Assembly: GCA_031362825.1 (NCBI GenBank)
Contig: JANLTF010000534.1
Coordinates: 1 to 42,540, forward strand
DNA length: 42,540 bases
Reading direction: 5' to 3'
Origin: Acidobacteriota bacterium
Lineage (GTDB): Bacteria; Acidobacteriota; Blastocatellia; Pyrinomonadales; Pyrinomonadaceae
How positions within the stretch are numbered: position 1 is the stretch's first letter; every line of letters starts with the position of its first letter. Below the pieces are notes generated by a model that made no database searches, was not told where the DNA came from, and was given only the letters and a program-made list of their open reading frames with translations. This document shows, one piece after another, positions 1-8,861 of this stretch. The translations under genes and the position numbers were made by a program.

Positions 1-296
1 GTGTTCTTATTTTGAAATTCGACCAGCGTCGGACTCGTTTTGGACACAGCAAGATTGGCCGTTTCAACGCGCTTTGCGGGAGCTAAAGCTGGAGCAAGTC
101 CCGGAGCCGCAGAGGTTGCCGTCGTCCGCGCGGGCGAGGGCTGCGTTGAGGCCGGGGGCGGAACCGCGTATGGATTTGTCTTCTGCACATACGGTTTGGG
201 CGGCGGGCGTTTCGTGGCGTTCTGCTCGATCGCGGGCAGTCTGCCGGACGTTGCAATTTTGGGCTTCAATTCTTCGCGGACGGTGTCGTTCATCAT
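1..296 (-). CDS. Partial CDS (first 98 codons, continues beyond the left edge): Pro/Ala-rich hypothetical protein, possibly RDD-family-like
   Basis: Absent from the ORF track because no stop lies in the window. The reverse-strand ATGATG at 296-291 opens a frame that stays open to nt 1: MMNDTVREELKPKIATSGRLPAIEQNATKRPPPKPYVQKTNPYAVPPPASTQPSPARTTATSAAPGLAPALAPAKRVETANLAVSKTSPTLVEFQNKN. The SPTLVEF segment resembles the TLIEFP-type N-terminal motif I associate with RDD-family membrane proteins, so the family call is tentative. Confidence 0.45.
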   Translation of the reverse strand, partial: MMNDTVREELKPKIATSGRLPAIEQNATKRPPPKPYVQKTNPYAVPPPASTQPSPARTTATSAAPGLAPALAPAKRVETANLAVSKTSPTLVEFQNKN

Positions 297-537
297 GGCG
301 CCGCAAGTCAGGCAAATTGACAGCGTCGGCGCCAAATTACGATTGCATACCTGGCATTTCATAGGCTTTACAAATGATTCGTTCGGGAATATGTTAAGCG
401 CGATTCGACAAAAACTAGCTGATAATATCAGAACTTACTTTAACTAGTCAATAGTAAAGCGCAGACAAAATTAGGTTTCTGGGAAATTACGGATATGTTA
501 CGAGCCTGTGGAAAACAAATAGAGCCTTAAGCGCCTG

Positions 538-912
538 TCATATTCGCTGACGACCGGCAAATCCGGCGTCGGTCTCATGCCACCATTCGATCTCATCGGC
601 GTCACCGATCTGCCAACAAAGGGAAACAATACGGTCCGATCGCATCGATGGAAAATCGATCAGCCCGCGTGTGTAATCCTTTAGTTCGATGCCCAATTCG
701 CTGACTTCTGTGGTAAGCTGCCCGACCTTGTAGAGAGTGTTGACGTAGCCCGTCCCGCCTTCCATACCGCCACCAAAGTGCGACGCACTCGCCGCCGCCC
801 GCGACGAATCACGAAGCTCGTTGATCGCGGCATAGAGCCGTTTTATCTCAACGAGCCTTGGAATTATCGTCGGCAGCAAGCTATTCGCTTCGCTTAGGGT
901 GAATAGCTTCAT
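538..912 (-). CDS. DUF2203 family protein
   Basis: 124-aa ORF. The N-terminus MKLFTLSEANSLLP and the C-terminal pattern GLIDFP..R.V.LCW..G...I.WWH....GF.GR..I match my memory of DUF2203. The start ATG (912-910) overlaps the stop of the upstream NYN gene (ATGA). Confidence 0.8.
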   Translation of the reverse strand: MKLFTLSEANSLLPTIIPRLVEIKRLYAAINELRDSSRAAASASHFGGGMEGGTGYVNTLYKVGQLTTEVSELGIELKDYTRGLIDFPSMRSDRIVSLCWQIGDADEIEWWHETDAGFAGRQRI

Positions 913-1571
913 CGCTCAAAATGTCCGCCCGCAAAACGCTCGTCGTTGTCGTTGTCGTCCGGATAGTCTTGCTCCATTGAGATCGGACTTCCGATCTCGC
1001 CCGGCGGCACAAATGACGGAATGTCGTACTCGCCACCCTGCGTAATATCTTTACGAATTAGGTCAGCGATATCGCCGAGATCTATAAAAAAATCGCTCAC
1101 GTCTATCAATCTTGGTGCCGTATTCGAGCGAAACCCCGCAACCTCGACGCGGCAGCCCTTGTATGCGACCGCGTTGATCGCATAAACAAAATCTTCGTCG
1201 CCCGACACCAGAACTGCTGTGTCATAACGCCCGGCAAGGCTTAGCATATCCACGGCGATCTCGACATCGAGATTTGCCTTTCGCGTTCCGTCGTAAAAGG
1301 TCTTTAGTTCCTTTTGGATAACGCGAAATCCATTGCGCCGCATCCACAGGAGAAATCCCTGTTGACGCTCGGCCCCGACATCGACGCCAGTGTAAAAAAA
1401 TGCACGCAGCAGCCTCCCGTCACCGAGCAATACGCGGAGGAGTTTGTTGTAATCGATGTCGATATTATGAAAACGCGCGGCGTGGAATAGGTTGTTGCCG
1501 TCGATAAATACGGCAACGCGTCCGCGATGGCCAAACTGCCAGGACGATCTGGTAGTCGTGTCGAACTGCAT
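909..1571 (-). CDS. NYN (LabA-like, PIN-like nuclease fold) domain protein with acidic C-terminal tail
   Basis: The core VAVFIDGNNLF...DVEIAVDM...LVSGDEDF is the NYN/LabA signature. The first ATG at 1571 is preceded by GAGG with a 9-nt spacer; the track ORF start at 1622 is a TTG. The tail is MEQDYPDDNDNDERF. Confidence 0.8.
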   Translation of the reverse strand: MQFDTTTRSSWQFGHRGRVAVFIDGNNLFHAARFHNIDIDYNKLLRVLLGDGRLLRAFFYTGVDVGAERQQGFLLWMRRNGFRVIQKELKTFYDGTRKANLDVEIAVDMLSLAGRYDTAVLVSGDEDFVYAINAVAYKGCRVEVAGFRSNTAPRLIDVSDFFIDLGDIADLIRKDITQGGEYDIPSFVPPGEIGSPISMEQDYPDDNDNDERFAGGHFER

Positions 1572-1862
1572 TATTTTATACCTCAAACTACGAGAATCTC
1601 GGCGCAGATCGGATAGTTGCAATGCGAGGTTTGGGCGGCGGCGGGAACAGTTAACCTAAAAACGAGCGTGAAAATAATCGGATCAAATCTGTCGGTTACT
1701 AAATATTTCGGTCAAATACTAAATGTCGTCTAAATTTACCAATGCCACCTACGATCGGCCACTCCGACCAACCAATGCTGAACCAGTTAACAGTTTGCAT
1801 CGGTAAAGCCAGACGGTCAAGCAAATTCAACGTTTTGATGCTAAAATCTGAGGTTTGCGGAT

Positions 1863-2882
1863 GTGCCTATGCCCAAGTCGCCCGAATCAACTGATCAGGA
1901 ACGATCGACGTTCGACCCATCGATCCAGACCGAGAATATCGCCTATTCACCGGTAGAATTGCTGACCTGCGATGGATGTAGCCGCCAAAATCCGCCGAAC
2001 CGGATAAACTGTATTTACTGCGGATACGAGCTAGCGATCACTGCCGCACATTTCGCGGAGGCAAGGCCGCTTATCAGAAAGCTCGAGGCGTGGGAGCAGG
2101 GATTCAACATCATCTACCAGGCTAAGATCGACGGAGACGAGCTCTCGAACAAAACGATCGCGCCGTTCGTCTCACTAGAGCCTGGCGAAGTTGAGGCGAT
2201 CTTGAATGTGAATTCACCGATGCCGGTGGTGAGGGTTGAAAGTTTCAAATTAGCAGAGATCCTTGTCGGCGAACTTGGCAAACTCGGGCTGAGATGTTCG
2301 GTCGTCAGCGATGCTGATCTCGCTGCTAACAAACCTCTAGTTCGGCTGGCGAGTATCGAGATATCGGAGACCATCTTTCAGTTCGTCGACTTCAATACTC
2401 GCCTTACAACCGAGGTTCCATTCGGCGACCTTGCTTTGATCGTCCTGGGACATTTGAGCAACACGCGGACCGATCTCGTCGAAAAGCGAAAACGGAAAGG
2501 TGCCGAATTGCTTGATGAAACCTCATCATTTACAGACGAAACCGTCATCGACCTTTACACTAGAAGTGACAGCCGCGGTTTTCGGATCAATCCCGCCGGA
2601 TTTGACTATTCATGCCTCGGCCCGGAAAAGACCTTTTTGGCAAAGGATAATATCGGGCGGCTCGTTAAATTGTTGTCGGCCCTTGCACCTAATGCTCGAC
2701 TCGTCGACGATTATTCATCGGTCAAACGCTCCCTTTCTCTTGTCTGGGAAATCGAATCCCGCAGCGACGCACAAGGAATTAGGCGGCTGGGCATCGGGAA
2801 AACCGGTTTTGGAAAGGTCGAATCGACCTCAAACCTGCAACAGTTCACAAAATATTCGCGCCTCCAATGGCATCTGTTATGA
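1863..2882 (+). CDS. Hypothetical protein with N-terminal zinc-ribbon (CxxC-N12-CxxC)
   Basis: 339-aa ORF starting at GTG 1863 or ATG 1869. It contains CDGCSRQNPPNRINCIYCG; I recognise no motif in the rest. Its stop overlaps the rlmB start region. Confidence 0.65.
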   Translation: MPMPKSPESTDQERSTFDPSIQTENIAYSPVELLTCDGCSRQNPPNRINCIYCGYELAITAAHFAEARPLIRKLEAWEQGFNIIYQAKIDGDELSNKTIAPFVSLEPGEVEAILNVNSPMPVVRVESFKLAEILVGELGKLGLRCSVVSDADLAANKPLVRLASIEISETIFQFVDFNTRLTTEVPFGDLALIVLGHLSNTRTDLVEKRKRKGAELLDETSSFTDETVIDLYTRSDSRGFRINPAGFDYSCLGPEKTFLAKDNIGRLVKLLSALAPNARLVDDYSSVKRSLSLVWEIESRSDAQGIRRLGIGKTGFGKVESTSNLQQFTKYSRLQWHLL

Positions 2883-3700
2883 AAAAAAAGTTCGGTGTTC
2901 CCGGCCCTAAGTTTCGCGACGAAAACCGTAGGCCAAAAGCCACAGACCAAAAGTCGGCGACGCCATCGTCGCTGATCTACGGCGTTCTGCCTGTCCTCGA
3001 AGCATTGCGTGCCGACGCTCGTAAGGTCGATAAGGTTCTGATCGCGGACGGTTCGCACGAACGCCGTTTGCAGGAGATCATTGATCTTTGCCGTTCGCGT
3101 TCGATCGCCTGGAACCGTGTGCCGCGCGACAGTTTTGCCAAGCATCTCGACTCGGAAGTGAATCATCAGGGCGTTCTGGCGTTCACGGCCGCGGCCGGTT
3201 ATGTCGATGTCGATGAGGTTCTAGACGCGTCCGAGGTGCCGCTGATCGTCGTGCTCGACGGCGTCGAAGACCCGCGAAATCTAGGTGCCATTCTCCGTGC
3301 TGCCGAATGCGCAAATGTCGATGGCGTCATCATTCCCGAACGTCGTGCCGTTGGTTTGACGGACACCGTGGCAAAATCCTCGGCCGGTGCTATCGAGTAC
3401 GTAAAGGTCGCCAAGACTGCTAATCTCAATCGCCTCATTGAGGATCTAAAGGCTCGGAACATCTGGGTCGTGGGCACGAGCGTCGATGCGACAATGGACA
3501 TTTACGAATGGGACTGGCGTCAACCTTCCGCTCTCGTCCTCGGCGGCGAAGGGTCAGGGCTGCATCGGCTCGTCGCGGAGAACTGCGACGTCTTGGTAAA
3601 AATACCGATGTATGGAAAAATAGAATCCTTGAACGTTTCAGTCGCCGCCGGCGTTATACTTTTTGAAGCACGTCGGCAGAGGAATGTCATTGGTGAGTAG
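2867..3700 (+). CDS. rlmB: 23S rRNA (guanosine-2'-O)-methyltransferase RlmB (SpoU/TrmH family)
   Basis: It has the N-terminal IYGVLPVLEAL substrate-binding domain plus the SpoU motifs DGVEDPRNLGAILRAAE, LVLGGEGSGL and IPMYGKIESLNVSVAAGV. An alternative start at ATG 2879 forms ATGA with the upstream stop (2880-2882). Confidence 0.9.
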   Translation: MASVMKKKFGVPGPKFRDENRRPKATDQKSATPSSLIYGVLPVLEALRADARKVDKVLIADGSHERRLQEIIDLCRSRSIAWNRVPRDSFAKHLDSEVNHQGVLAFTAAAGYVDVDEVLDASEVPLIVVLDGVEDPRNLGAILRAAECANVDGVIIPERRAVGLTDTVAKSSAGAIEYVKVAKTANLNRLIEDLKARNIWVVGTSVDATMDIYEWDWRQPSALVLGGEGSGLHRLVAENCDVLVKIPMYGKIESLNVSVAAGVILFEARRQRNVIGE

Positions 3701-3739
3701 TCTTTTGTCGTTTGCTTCGTGCAGAAAACAAATTATCCG

Positions 3740-3788
3740 GACCACTGAGAACTGACCACCGACCACTGACCACTGACCACTGACTATT
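3740..3788. repeat. Seven tandem heptamers, consensus GACCACT
   Basis: The units are GACCACT GAGAACT GACCACC GACCACT GACCACT GACCACT GACTATT, and the array ends exactly at ATG 3789. Confidence 0.9.
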
Positions 3789-4313
3789 ATGTTTTGCCCA
3801 AAATGCGGACAACAGAATCCTGAGAACGGTAAATTTTGCCGGGGTTGCGGCACTGATTTGGGCAATGTTTCAGGTGCTCTCGCCGCCAAGCCCGCGGCAA
3901 AACAGCTCGTCAATCACAAAGGCAAACCGATCCACTGGGAAGGTGCGATCACCAAGTTCTGCACCGGCCTTGCGTTTTTGATCATCTCGATTGCTCTGTC
4001 GTTCTCGCGGATGGGCGAGAGCTGGTGGTTTTGGATGCTTATACCGGCGTTTGGTTCAATGGGCGGAGGCATTGCCCAGTATATGCAGCTTCGCCGGGCG
4101 GAAAAAGAACAGCCGGCATTCGCGTCTCCTGAGTCAATCAACCTGATCGACACGCCGCAAAACCACTCCCTGCCGCCGCCGCAGACCCAATGGGTCGCCC
4201 CCGAATCGCGCTACAAGACAGGCGATCTCGCCCCGCCGAGCGTCACCGACAACACGACCCGACATCTTGAAATGGACAGCGAAGGCAAAACAATGGCATT
4301 GCCAAAAAAATAG
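3789..4313 (+). CDS. Zinc-ribbon domain membrane protein
   Basis: The zinc ribbon MFCPKCGQQNPENGKFCRGCG is followed by two hydrophobic helices (LAFLIISIALSF, WWFWMLIPAFGSMGGGI) and a Pro-rich tail. Confidence 0.7.
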   Translation: MFCPKCGQQNPENGKFCRGCGTDLGNVSGALAAKPAAKQLVNHKGKPIHWEGAITKFCTGLAFLIISIALSFSRMGESWWFWMLIPAFGSMGGGIAQYMQLRRAEKEQPAFASPESINLIDTPQNHSLPPPQTQWVAPESRYKTGDLAPPSVTDNTTRHLEMDSEGKTMALPKK

Positions 4314-4328
4314 GCTGCCCGGAAAAAG

Positions 4329-4369
4329 AAATATCCCGCAATTGTTCAAACGACAATTGCGGGATATTT
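4329..4369. terminator. Bidirectional hairpin terminator between convergent genes
   Basis: Perfect 17-bp inverted repeat AAATATCCCGCAATTGT / ACAATTGCGGGATATTT with a 7-nt loop. The flank on the minus-strand side is T-rich. Confidence 0.7.
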
Positions 4370-4400
4370 AATTTCCTTCTAAGCCTTTCCAGCGGCTTTA

Positions 4401-5432
4401 TTATGTCGTTTTAGCCTTTTCTTCGTAGCTGACTATCAACTTCTTGATCATGTCAGCGTCTTTTGATTCAGGCTGCTTTTTGAGAAACAACTTAAGTTCG
4501 CGGGCGGCGTCTGCGTAGCGTTTCATCTCGTTTCCGTACATTAGGGCAAGGTACCAGTTCGCCATCGGCAGAGTGTCCTTAGACAGCTCTTTGGCTTTGA
4601 GCAACTGCTTTTCCGCCTCTGAATATTGCTTCTTTGATTTGTAGATAACTCCCGCTAGCACCATTGCCTCGGTCGATCCGGCGTAAAGTTCGAGCGACTT
4701 TTTGACCGCAGCAAGCCCTTCGTCGTAATAGTTCAGTGAATTGAACGAATACGCCAGCCCATACCAAGACCGATAGCTTCGCGGATTGACTTCGACCGCG
4801 AGCTGCAACAAAGTGGCAGAAGCCTGATACTGCTTGATCTTGACGTACTCCATACCGAGGCGTTCGAGAGCCGCAAAATATTTTGGATACGCTTCTATCG
4901 AAGATCTTAGTCCGGCGAGGCCCTCTTTATCTTTCTTCTCAGTGAGGTCGAGAACTGCCTGATCAAATAGCTTCTTTGCATTCGGAGGAATATCCTGGAT
5001 AAACAGCGCGGCAGTTACGCCCGCGAAATCCTTTCGAACCCTCATTCGAAAATCCATCTGCTTCCGTTCAAAGGCACCTTGCCGAAGTGTTCCGTCCTGA
5101 TTCTCGCGGGTGATATTTACGATCTCCTCGGATAAGGTCATTTCTTCGTATTCCGGCTCGAGGGTGCGGACACGGACGCTAAAACGGCCCTGGCTGACGC
5201 CGGTAAAAAAATAGCGACCCGAACCGTCCGTTCTCGTATATTTGATCGAACTACCGTAGTCATTGAGCAATTCGACCGTGGCATCGTAAAGGGGCCGACT
5301 ATCGACGCCGGTTACCTCGCCGGAGATCATGTTGCCTGACTGCCCGTAAGCGGACGCGACTGAAAACACCACTAGAACTGTGGCGAAAACTACAGACGGT
5401 GCGATAAATTTTTTGAGCTTTAACAAGATCAT
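4401..5432 (-). CDS. Secreted CarboxypepD_reg-like + TPR repeat protein
   Basis: Met at 5432 is preceded by AGGGAAG. The signal peptide is MILLKLKKFIAPSVVFATVLVVFSVASAYG, followed by a beta-sandwich motif (TDGSGRYFFTGV) and TPR-like helical repeats. The track start at 5567 would overlap the neighbouring gene. Confidence 0.75.
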   Translation of the reverse strand: MILLKLKKFIAPSVVFATVLVVFSVASAYGQSGNMISGEVTGVDSRPLYDATVELLNDYGSSIKYTRTDGSGRYFFTGVSQGRFSVRVRTLEPEYEEMTLSEEIVNITRENQDGTLRQGAFERKQMDFRMRVRKDFAGVTAALFIQDIPPNAKKLFDQAVLDLTEKKDKEGLAGLRSSIEAYPKYFAALERLGMEYVKIKQYQASATLLQLAVEVNPRSYRSWYGLAYSFNSLNYYDEGLAAVKKSLELYAGSTEAMVLAGVIYKSKKQYSEAEKQLLKAKELSKDTLPMANWYLALMYGNEMKRYADAARELKLFLKKQPESKDADMIKKLIVSYEEKAKTT

Positions 5433-5478
5433 TTCTTTACTTCCCTGTTGGAACTGATGTCTTATGCAGATTTTCCTA

Positions 5479-6420
5479 TTATAGCGTTTTTGATGCTTCG
5501 AGCAAATGATACGCTGCCTTGACAGCCGTTGCGGCGTCACCCGCAGCACCACTGATCGTAGGAGCAAGCGGATTTGCTATGTCGCCGATCGCGAAAATAA
5601 GATGCTGATTTGTCATACACAATTTGTTCGTGATGACATATCCGCGATGATCGAGCCCGATCTCAGGAGGCAAAAAGCAGTTGTTCGGTTCGACACCTAT
5701 CCTGATCAAAAGGGCATCGGCCGGAATCACTTCCGTCTGGTCAGAATCGAGTTCCATATATTCGACGGACTCGACTGACGTATCACCTTTTACGCCGGTT
5801 AAGCAGACGTTCTCAATTATTTTTATTCTGGTATCACGCCTGACCTGTTCGATGAATTCGCGGCGGGCCGCAAAGTTGCCGCTTCGGTGCAATAAGGTGA
5901 CCGACCGGGCATTTTCAGAAAGGACCAGGGCGTTTTCAAATGCCGCGTCACCGCCACCCACAATGACGACTTGTTTACCCTTTACGATTTCGCACGAAGC
6001 GACGCCGGAATCGAGAATTCCCCGACCGACAAACTCAGTTTCGCCCGGAATTCCGAGACGACGGCGCCTGACGCCCGTCGCTATAATGATTGCTCGTCCA
6101 CCGACAATCGTGCCATCGACAAATGTCGCGGTCAGGCTGGTCGTATCTATTCTCGCAACTTCCCCGGACGTTGGAACGAGCGAATCGCCCAAGGCGACGT
6201 GTCCGGCGAAAATGTCACGCATTTGGCGTCCGTTCGCCGTACTAACACCAATGTAGTTCAAGATCGGATTGTAGGTTTTTAGCAATTGCCCGCCGAGTTC
6301 GGCTTCTTTCTCAATTACGATCGACGACAGCCCGAGATCGGAACACCAGAGAGCCGCCGCCATTCCTCCAGGCCCGCCGCCGATGATCAGTAGGTCGTAT
6401 TTTGATAGGCCGTCCGCCAT
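5479..6420 (-). CDS. Thioredoxin-reductase-like FAD/NAD(P) oxidoreductase lacking the CxxC redox centre
   Basis: It has the FAD motif YDLLIIGGGPGGMAAA, the NAD(P) motif VVIVGGGDAAFENA with HRSGNFAAR, and the C-terminal IFAIGD. The position of the TrxR CATC motif reads SGVASCEIVKG, which has a single Cys. Confidence 0.85.
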   Translation of the reverse strand: MADGLSKYDLLIIGGGPGGMAAALWCSDLGLSSIVIEKEAELGGQLLKTYNPILNYIGVSTANGRQMRDIFAGHVALGDSLVPTSGEVARIDTTSLTATFVDGTIVGGRAIIIATGVRRRRLGIPGETEFVGRGILDSGVASCEIVKGKQVVIVGGGDAAFENALVLSENARSVTLLHRSGNFAARREFIEQVRRDTRIKIIENVCLTGVKGDTSVESVEYMELDSDQTEVIPADALLIRIGVEPNNCFLPPEIGLDHRGYVITNKLCMTNQHLIFAIGDIANPLAPTISGAAGDAATAVKAAYHLLEASKTL

Positions 6421-6676
6421 AAATTGTTGCTACTTTTTGTCAACGAAAACTGACGCTTTTTGTCACTCTCAAGCAAATAGAAACTGTGCCTTAGATCTGC
6501 TCAACGCTCGCAACTCTAACATTCTAGGCGGTAAACGCCGATAAAACAATTAAGATGCCCGATCTGAAGCCGTGGCATCGGTATTGCTTTTGAAACTGCT
6601 GAGTATTTGGGCGCCGTCATCTCGGTACGATCAAACATACTCGCGACCCAACTCCGACCAAACCCTTCGCGAAAAT

Positions 6677-8845
6677 ATGAGATTAGAAATCGAATCAACT
6701 GTTTCCTCACCAATTTCCGTCGCAAACGACTCGCACAGCTCAGTCGAGACCGACAAACTTCTTAAGCAAGGCGTGGCCGCAGCCCAGAGCGGAGATAGGC
6801 CAATGGCCCGAACGCTCCTCTCAAGAGTCACCGAAGCCGACCCATCGTGCGTTGACGCGTGGCTTTGGCTCGCATCGATAAGCGAATATCCGGAAGAACT
6901 CCTCGTGGTTCTCAAAAAGGTTCTGGAGATTGAGCCTGCGAACGAACGAGCCCTTACATGGGAAGCAGCGACCCGCTCGTTGCTCGCGAAAACTCATGTC
7001 CAAAGAGCTGCTATTGCTAGCGAAGAAGGCAACCATGCGTTTGCGATGCAGAGCTTCGACGAAGCTATTTCGTTCGACGACGCCTGCGAGCCGGCCTGGT
7101 ATTGGAAAGCCTCGCTGACCTCAGACGAGAACGAAAAACTCGATTGTCTGGCAAAAGTACTTGCGATCAACCCGGACAATGCAGATGCCCGCGAAGCGGT
7201 TACCGCAGTTGAACAGGCTCGATCCGCCGAAAAAATGCACGAGGTCAAAAGGAGGGCCTCCGCCGGTGATCTTGAAACCGCAAGCGATCTGCTGGTTGAG
7301 GTGCTTGCCGCCGAGCCTGCGAATTGCGAAGCCTGGGTGCTTCGTGCTCACCTTGCCCGATCGTTCGAAGACAAATTTGAGGCCTACAACCGCATCCTTC
7401 AAGCCGATCCGTCAAACACCTTTGCCCAGTACGGCTACGATTTTCTCGCGGAGTTGACAGAATCCGTAAAACCGGTCGAGACAATCGATACAGCCGTTTC
7501 CGAAGTTGAACCTGTCGAAAAGCCGGCCCAAGAAGCTGCGGAACAGCCCGAACCGGAAGTCTTGATGGAGGCTCTTGATCAAAACGTCTCAAACGAATCC
7601 CCAGCCGAGGAACTAGCCGCCCAAGCCGAATCGAAAGAAATCGAATTTGCCAGCGAACAGCCTCATTTCGAAGAAGAACCAGCTTCGCTTTTCGAGCAAG
7701 ACACAATGCATTTTGTTCCGGACGACGAGATTGAGGCCGCATCCCGAGAAACGGCCGAGAGCATTGACCCGTTCGAACAGCCCGCAGACGAATACGAGCC
7801 CGTCAGCATGGTCGCCGAAGAGGCCGCCCGCGAAGCCGAACTGTACGCATCACCGACGGCCGAAACACAAGAATTTAGCGCCGACGAACACAATTTCGAA
7901 GAGATTATCGCTCCCGAAGACCCATCCGAATTGATCGACGATACCGTAGTGCCTTCGTTCTCGTGCGAATCCGACACGCCTCCACCTGCATCGCCTTGGG
8001 ACGCACCGGCAGATGATCTCGAACGGAGTTTCCAATTGGAAGCCGCAGAGGTCCCGAAAAACTACTTTGATTCCCCTTCAATAACCTCAACGCACGCCTG
8101 TTCTTACTGTGCCGCGGCGATCGAGCGTCAAGCTTTCTCGTGTGACAATTGCCACGCCGTGCTCTCGCTCTCCGACATTGAATCGCTGCTGGCGAACAAT
8201 TCGGTCAATTTTGACACTATTCAGCAATCAGTAGCCAAGATGGAAGCTGAGTGGAACGCACGCGATTTCTCTTCTGAGGAACTCAAAACTTTGGGCATTG
8301 GACAATTTAACCTGAAAAATTTTGAACTCGGCTTTGCCTATATTCAAGAGGCGTCACGGCTGGAACCAAACGACGTAATCCTTGCCGGCCAGATAAATGC
8401 CCTTGCGATCCGCCTCGGCGAAATCAAGCGTCAGGACGAGATCAATGAGGCGATGCCGAAGGGCAAGACGATCTTGGTCGTTGATGATAGTGCGACCGTG
8501 CGGAAGCTTATCTCAAGCAAACTCGAAAAGAGCGGTCATCAGGTGATCTGTGCCGTGGACGGCGTCGAGGCTATGGCAACGATAGAGACAATGGTTCCCG
8601 ATCTTGTTCTGCTGGACATCGCAATGCCGCGTATGGACGGATATCAGGTCTGCAAACTGATCCGTGCCAACGACGCTGCTAAGAACGTCCCCGTCGTCAT
8701 GATCTCGGGCAAAGACGGCTTTTTTGATAAGGTCCGCGGCCGCATGGCCGGAACGACAGGATACATCACCAAGCCATTCGGCCCCGAAACACTCATGAAA
8801 GCCCTCGAAACCTACCTCGTACCCGAAACCGCCGCAGCCGAATAA
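6677..8845 (+). CDS. Multidomain PilG/PatA-type response regulator (TPR-like N-terminus, ~200-aa acidic linker, zinc-ribbon, C-terminal receiver)
   Basis: The receiver is KTILVVDDSATVRK...DLVLLDIAMPRMDG...VVMISGKDGFFDKVRGRMAGTTGYITKPF, and the DGxFDKxRGRxxG..Y.TKPF tail is typical of PilG/PatA-type receivers. A CSYCAAAIERQAFSCDNCH zinc ribbon is present. The first ATG is at 6677; the track start at 6572 is a GTG with a non-protein-like N-terminus. Confidence 0.8.
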   Translation: MRLEIESTVSSPISVANDSHSSVETDKLLKQGVAAAQSGDRPMARTLLSRVTEADPSCVDAWLWLASISEYPEELLVVLKKVLEIEPANERALTWEAATRSLLAKTHVQRAAIASEEGNHAFAMQSFDEAISFDDACEPAWYWKASLTSDENEKLDCLAKVLAINPDNADAREAVTAVEQARSAEKMHEVKRRASAGDLETASDLLVEVLAAEPANCEAWVLRAHLARSFEDKFEAYNRILQADPSNTFAQYGYDFLAELTESVKPVETIDTAVSEVEPVEKPAQEAAEQPEPEVLMEALDQNVSNESPAEELAAQAESKEIEFASEQPHFEEEPASLFEQDTMHFVPDDEIEAASRETAESIDPFEQPADEYEPVSMVAEEAAREAELYASPTAETQEFSADEHNFEEIIAPEDPSELIDDTVVPSFSCESDTPPPASPWDAPADDLERSFQLEAAEVPKNYFDSPSITSTHACSYCAAAIERQAFSCDNCHAVLSLSDIESLLANNSVNFDTIQQSVAKMEAEWNARDFSSEELKTLGIGQFNLKNFELGFAYIQEASRLEPNDVILAGQINALAIRLGEIKRQDEINEAMPKGKTILVVDDSATVRKLISSKLEKSGHQVICAVDGVEAMATIETMVPDLVLLDIAMPRMDGYQVCKLIRANDAAKNVPVVMISGKDGFFDKVRGRMAGTTGYITKPFGPETLMKALETYLVPETAAAE

Positions 8846-8861
8846 TCGCGGCTCGACGTCG

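Noticed and set aside
40-447. Track ORFs 40-447(+), 64-315(-) and 74-364(+) at the left edge
   Set aside because: All three overlap a more protein-like minus-strand frame (296 to 1, open to the window edge). Their translations are Gly/Ala/Arg-rich shadow-frame products with no ribosome-binding site.
5433-5567. Upstream extension of the TPR protein ORF to 5567
   Set aside because: It would overlap the 3' end of the TrxR-like gene and adds a basic, non-signal-like peptide. Met 5432 has an RBS and starts a canonical signal peptide.
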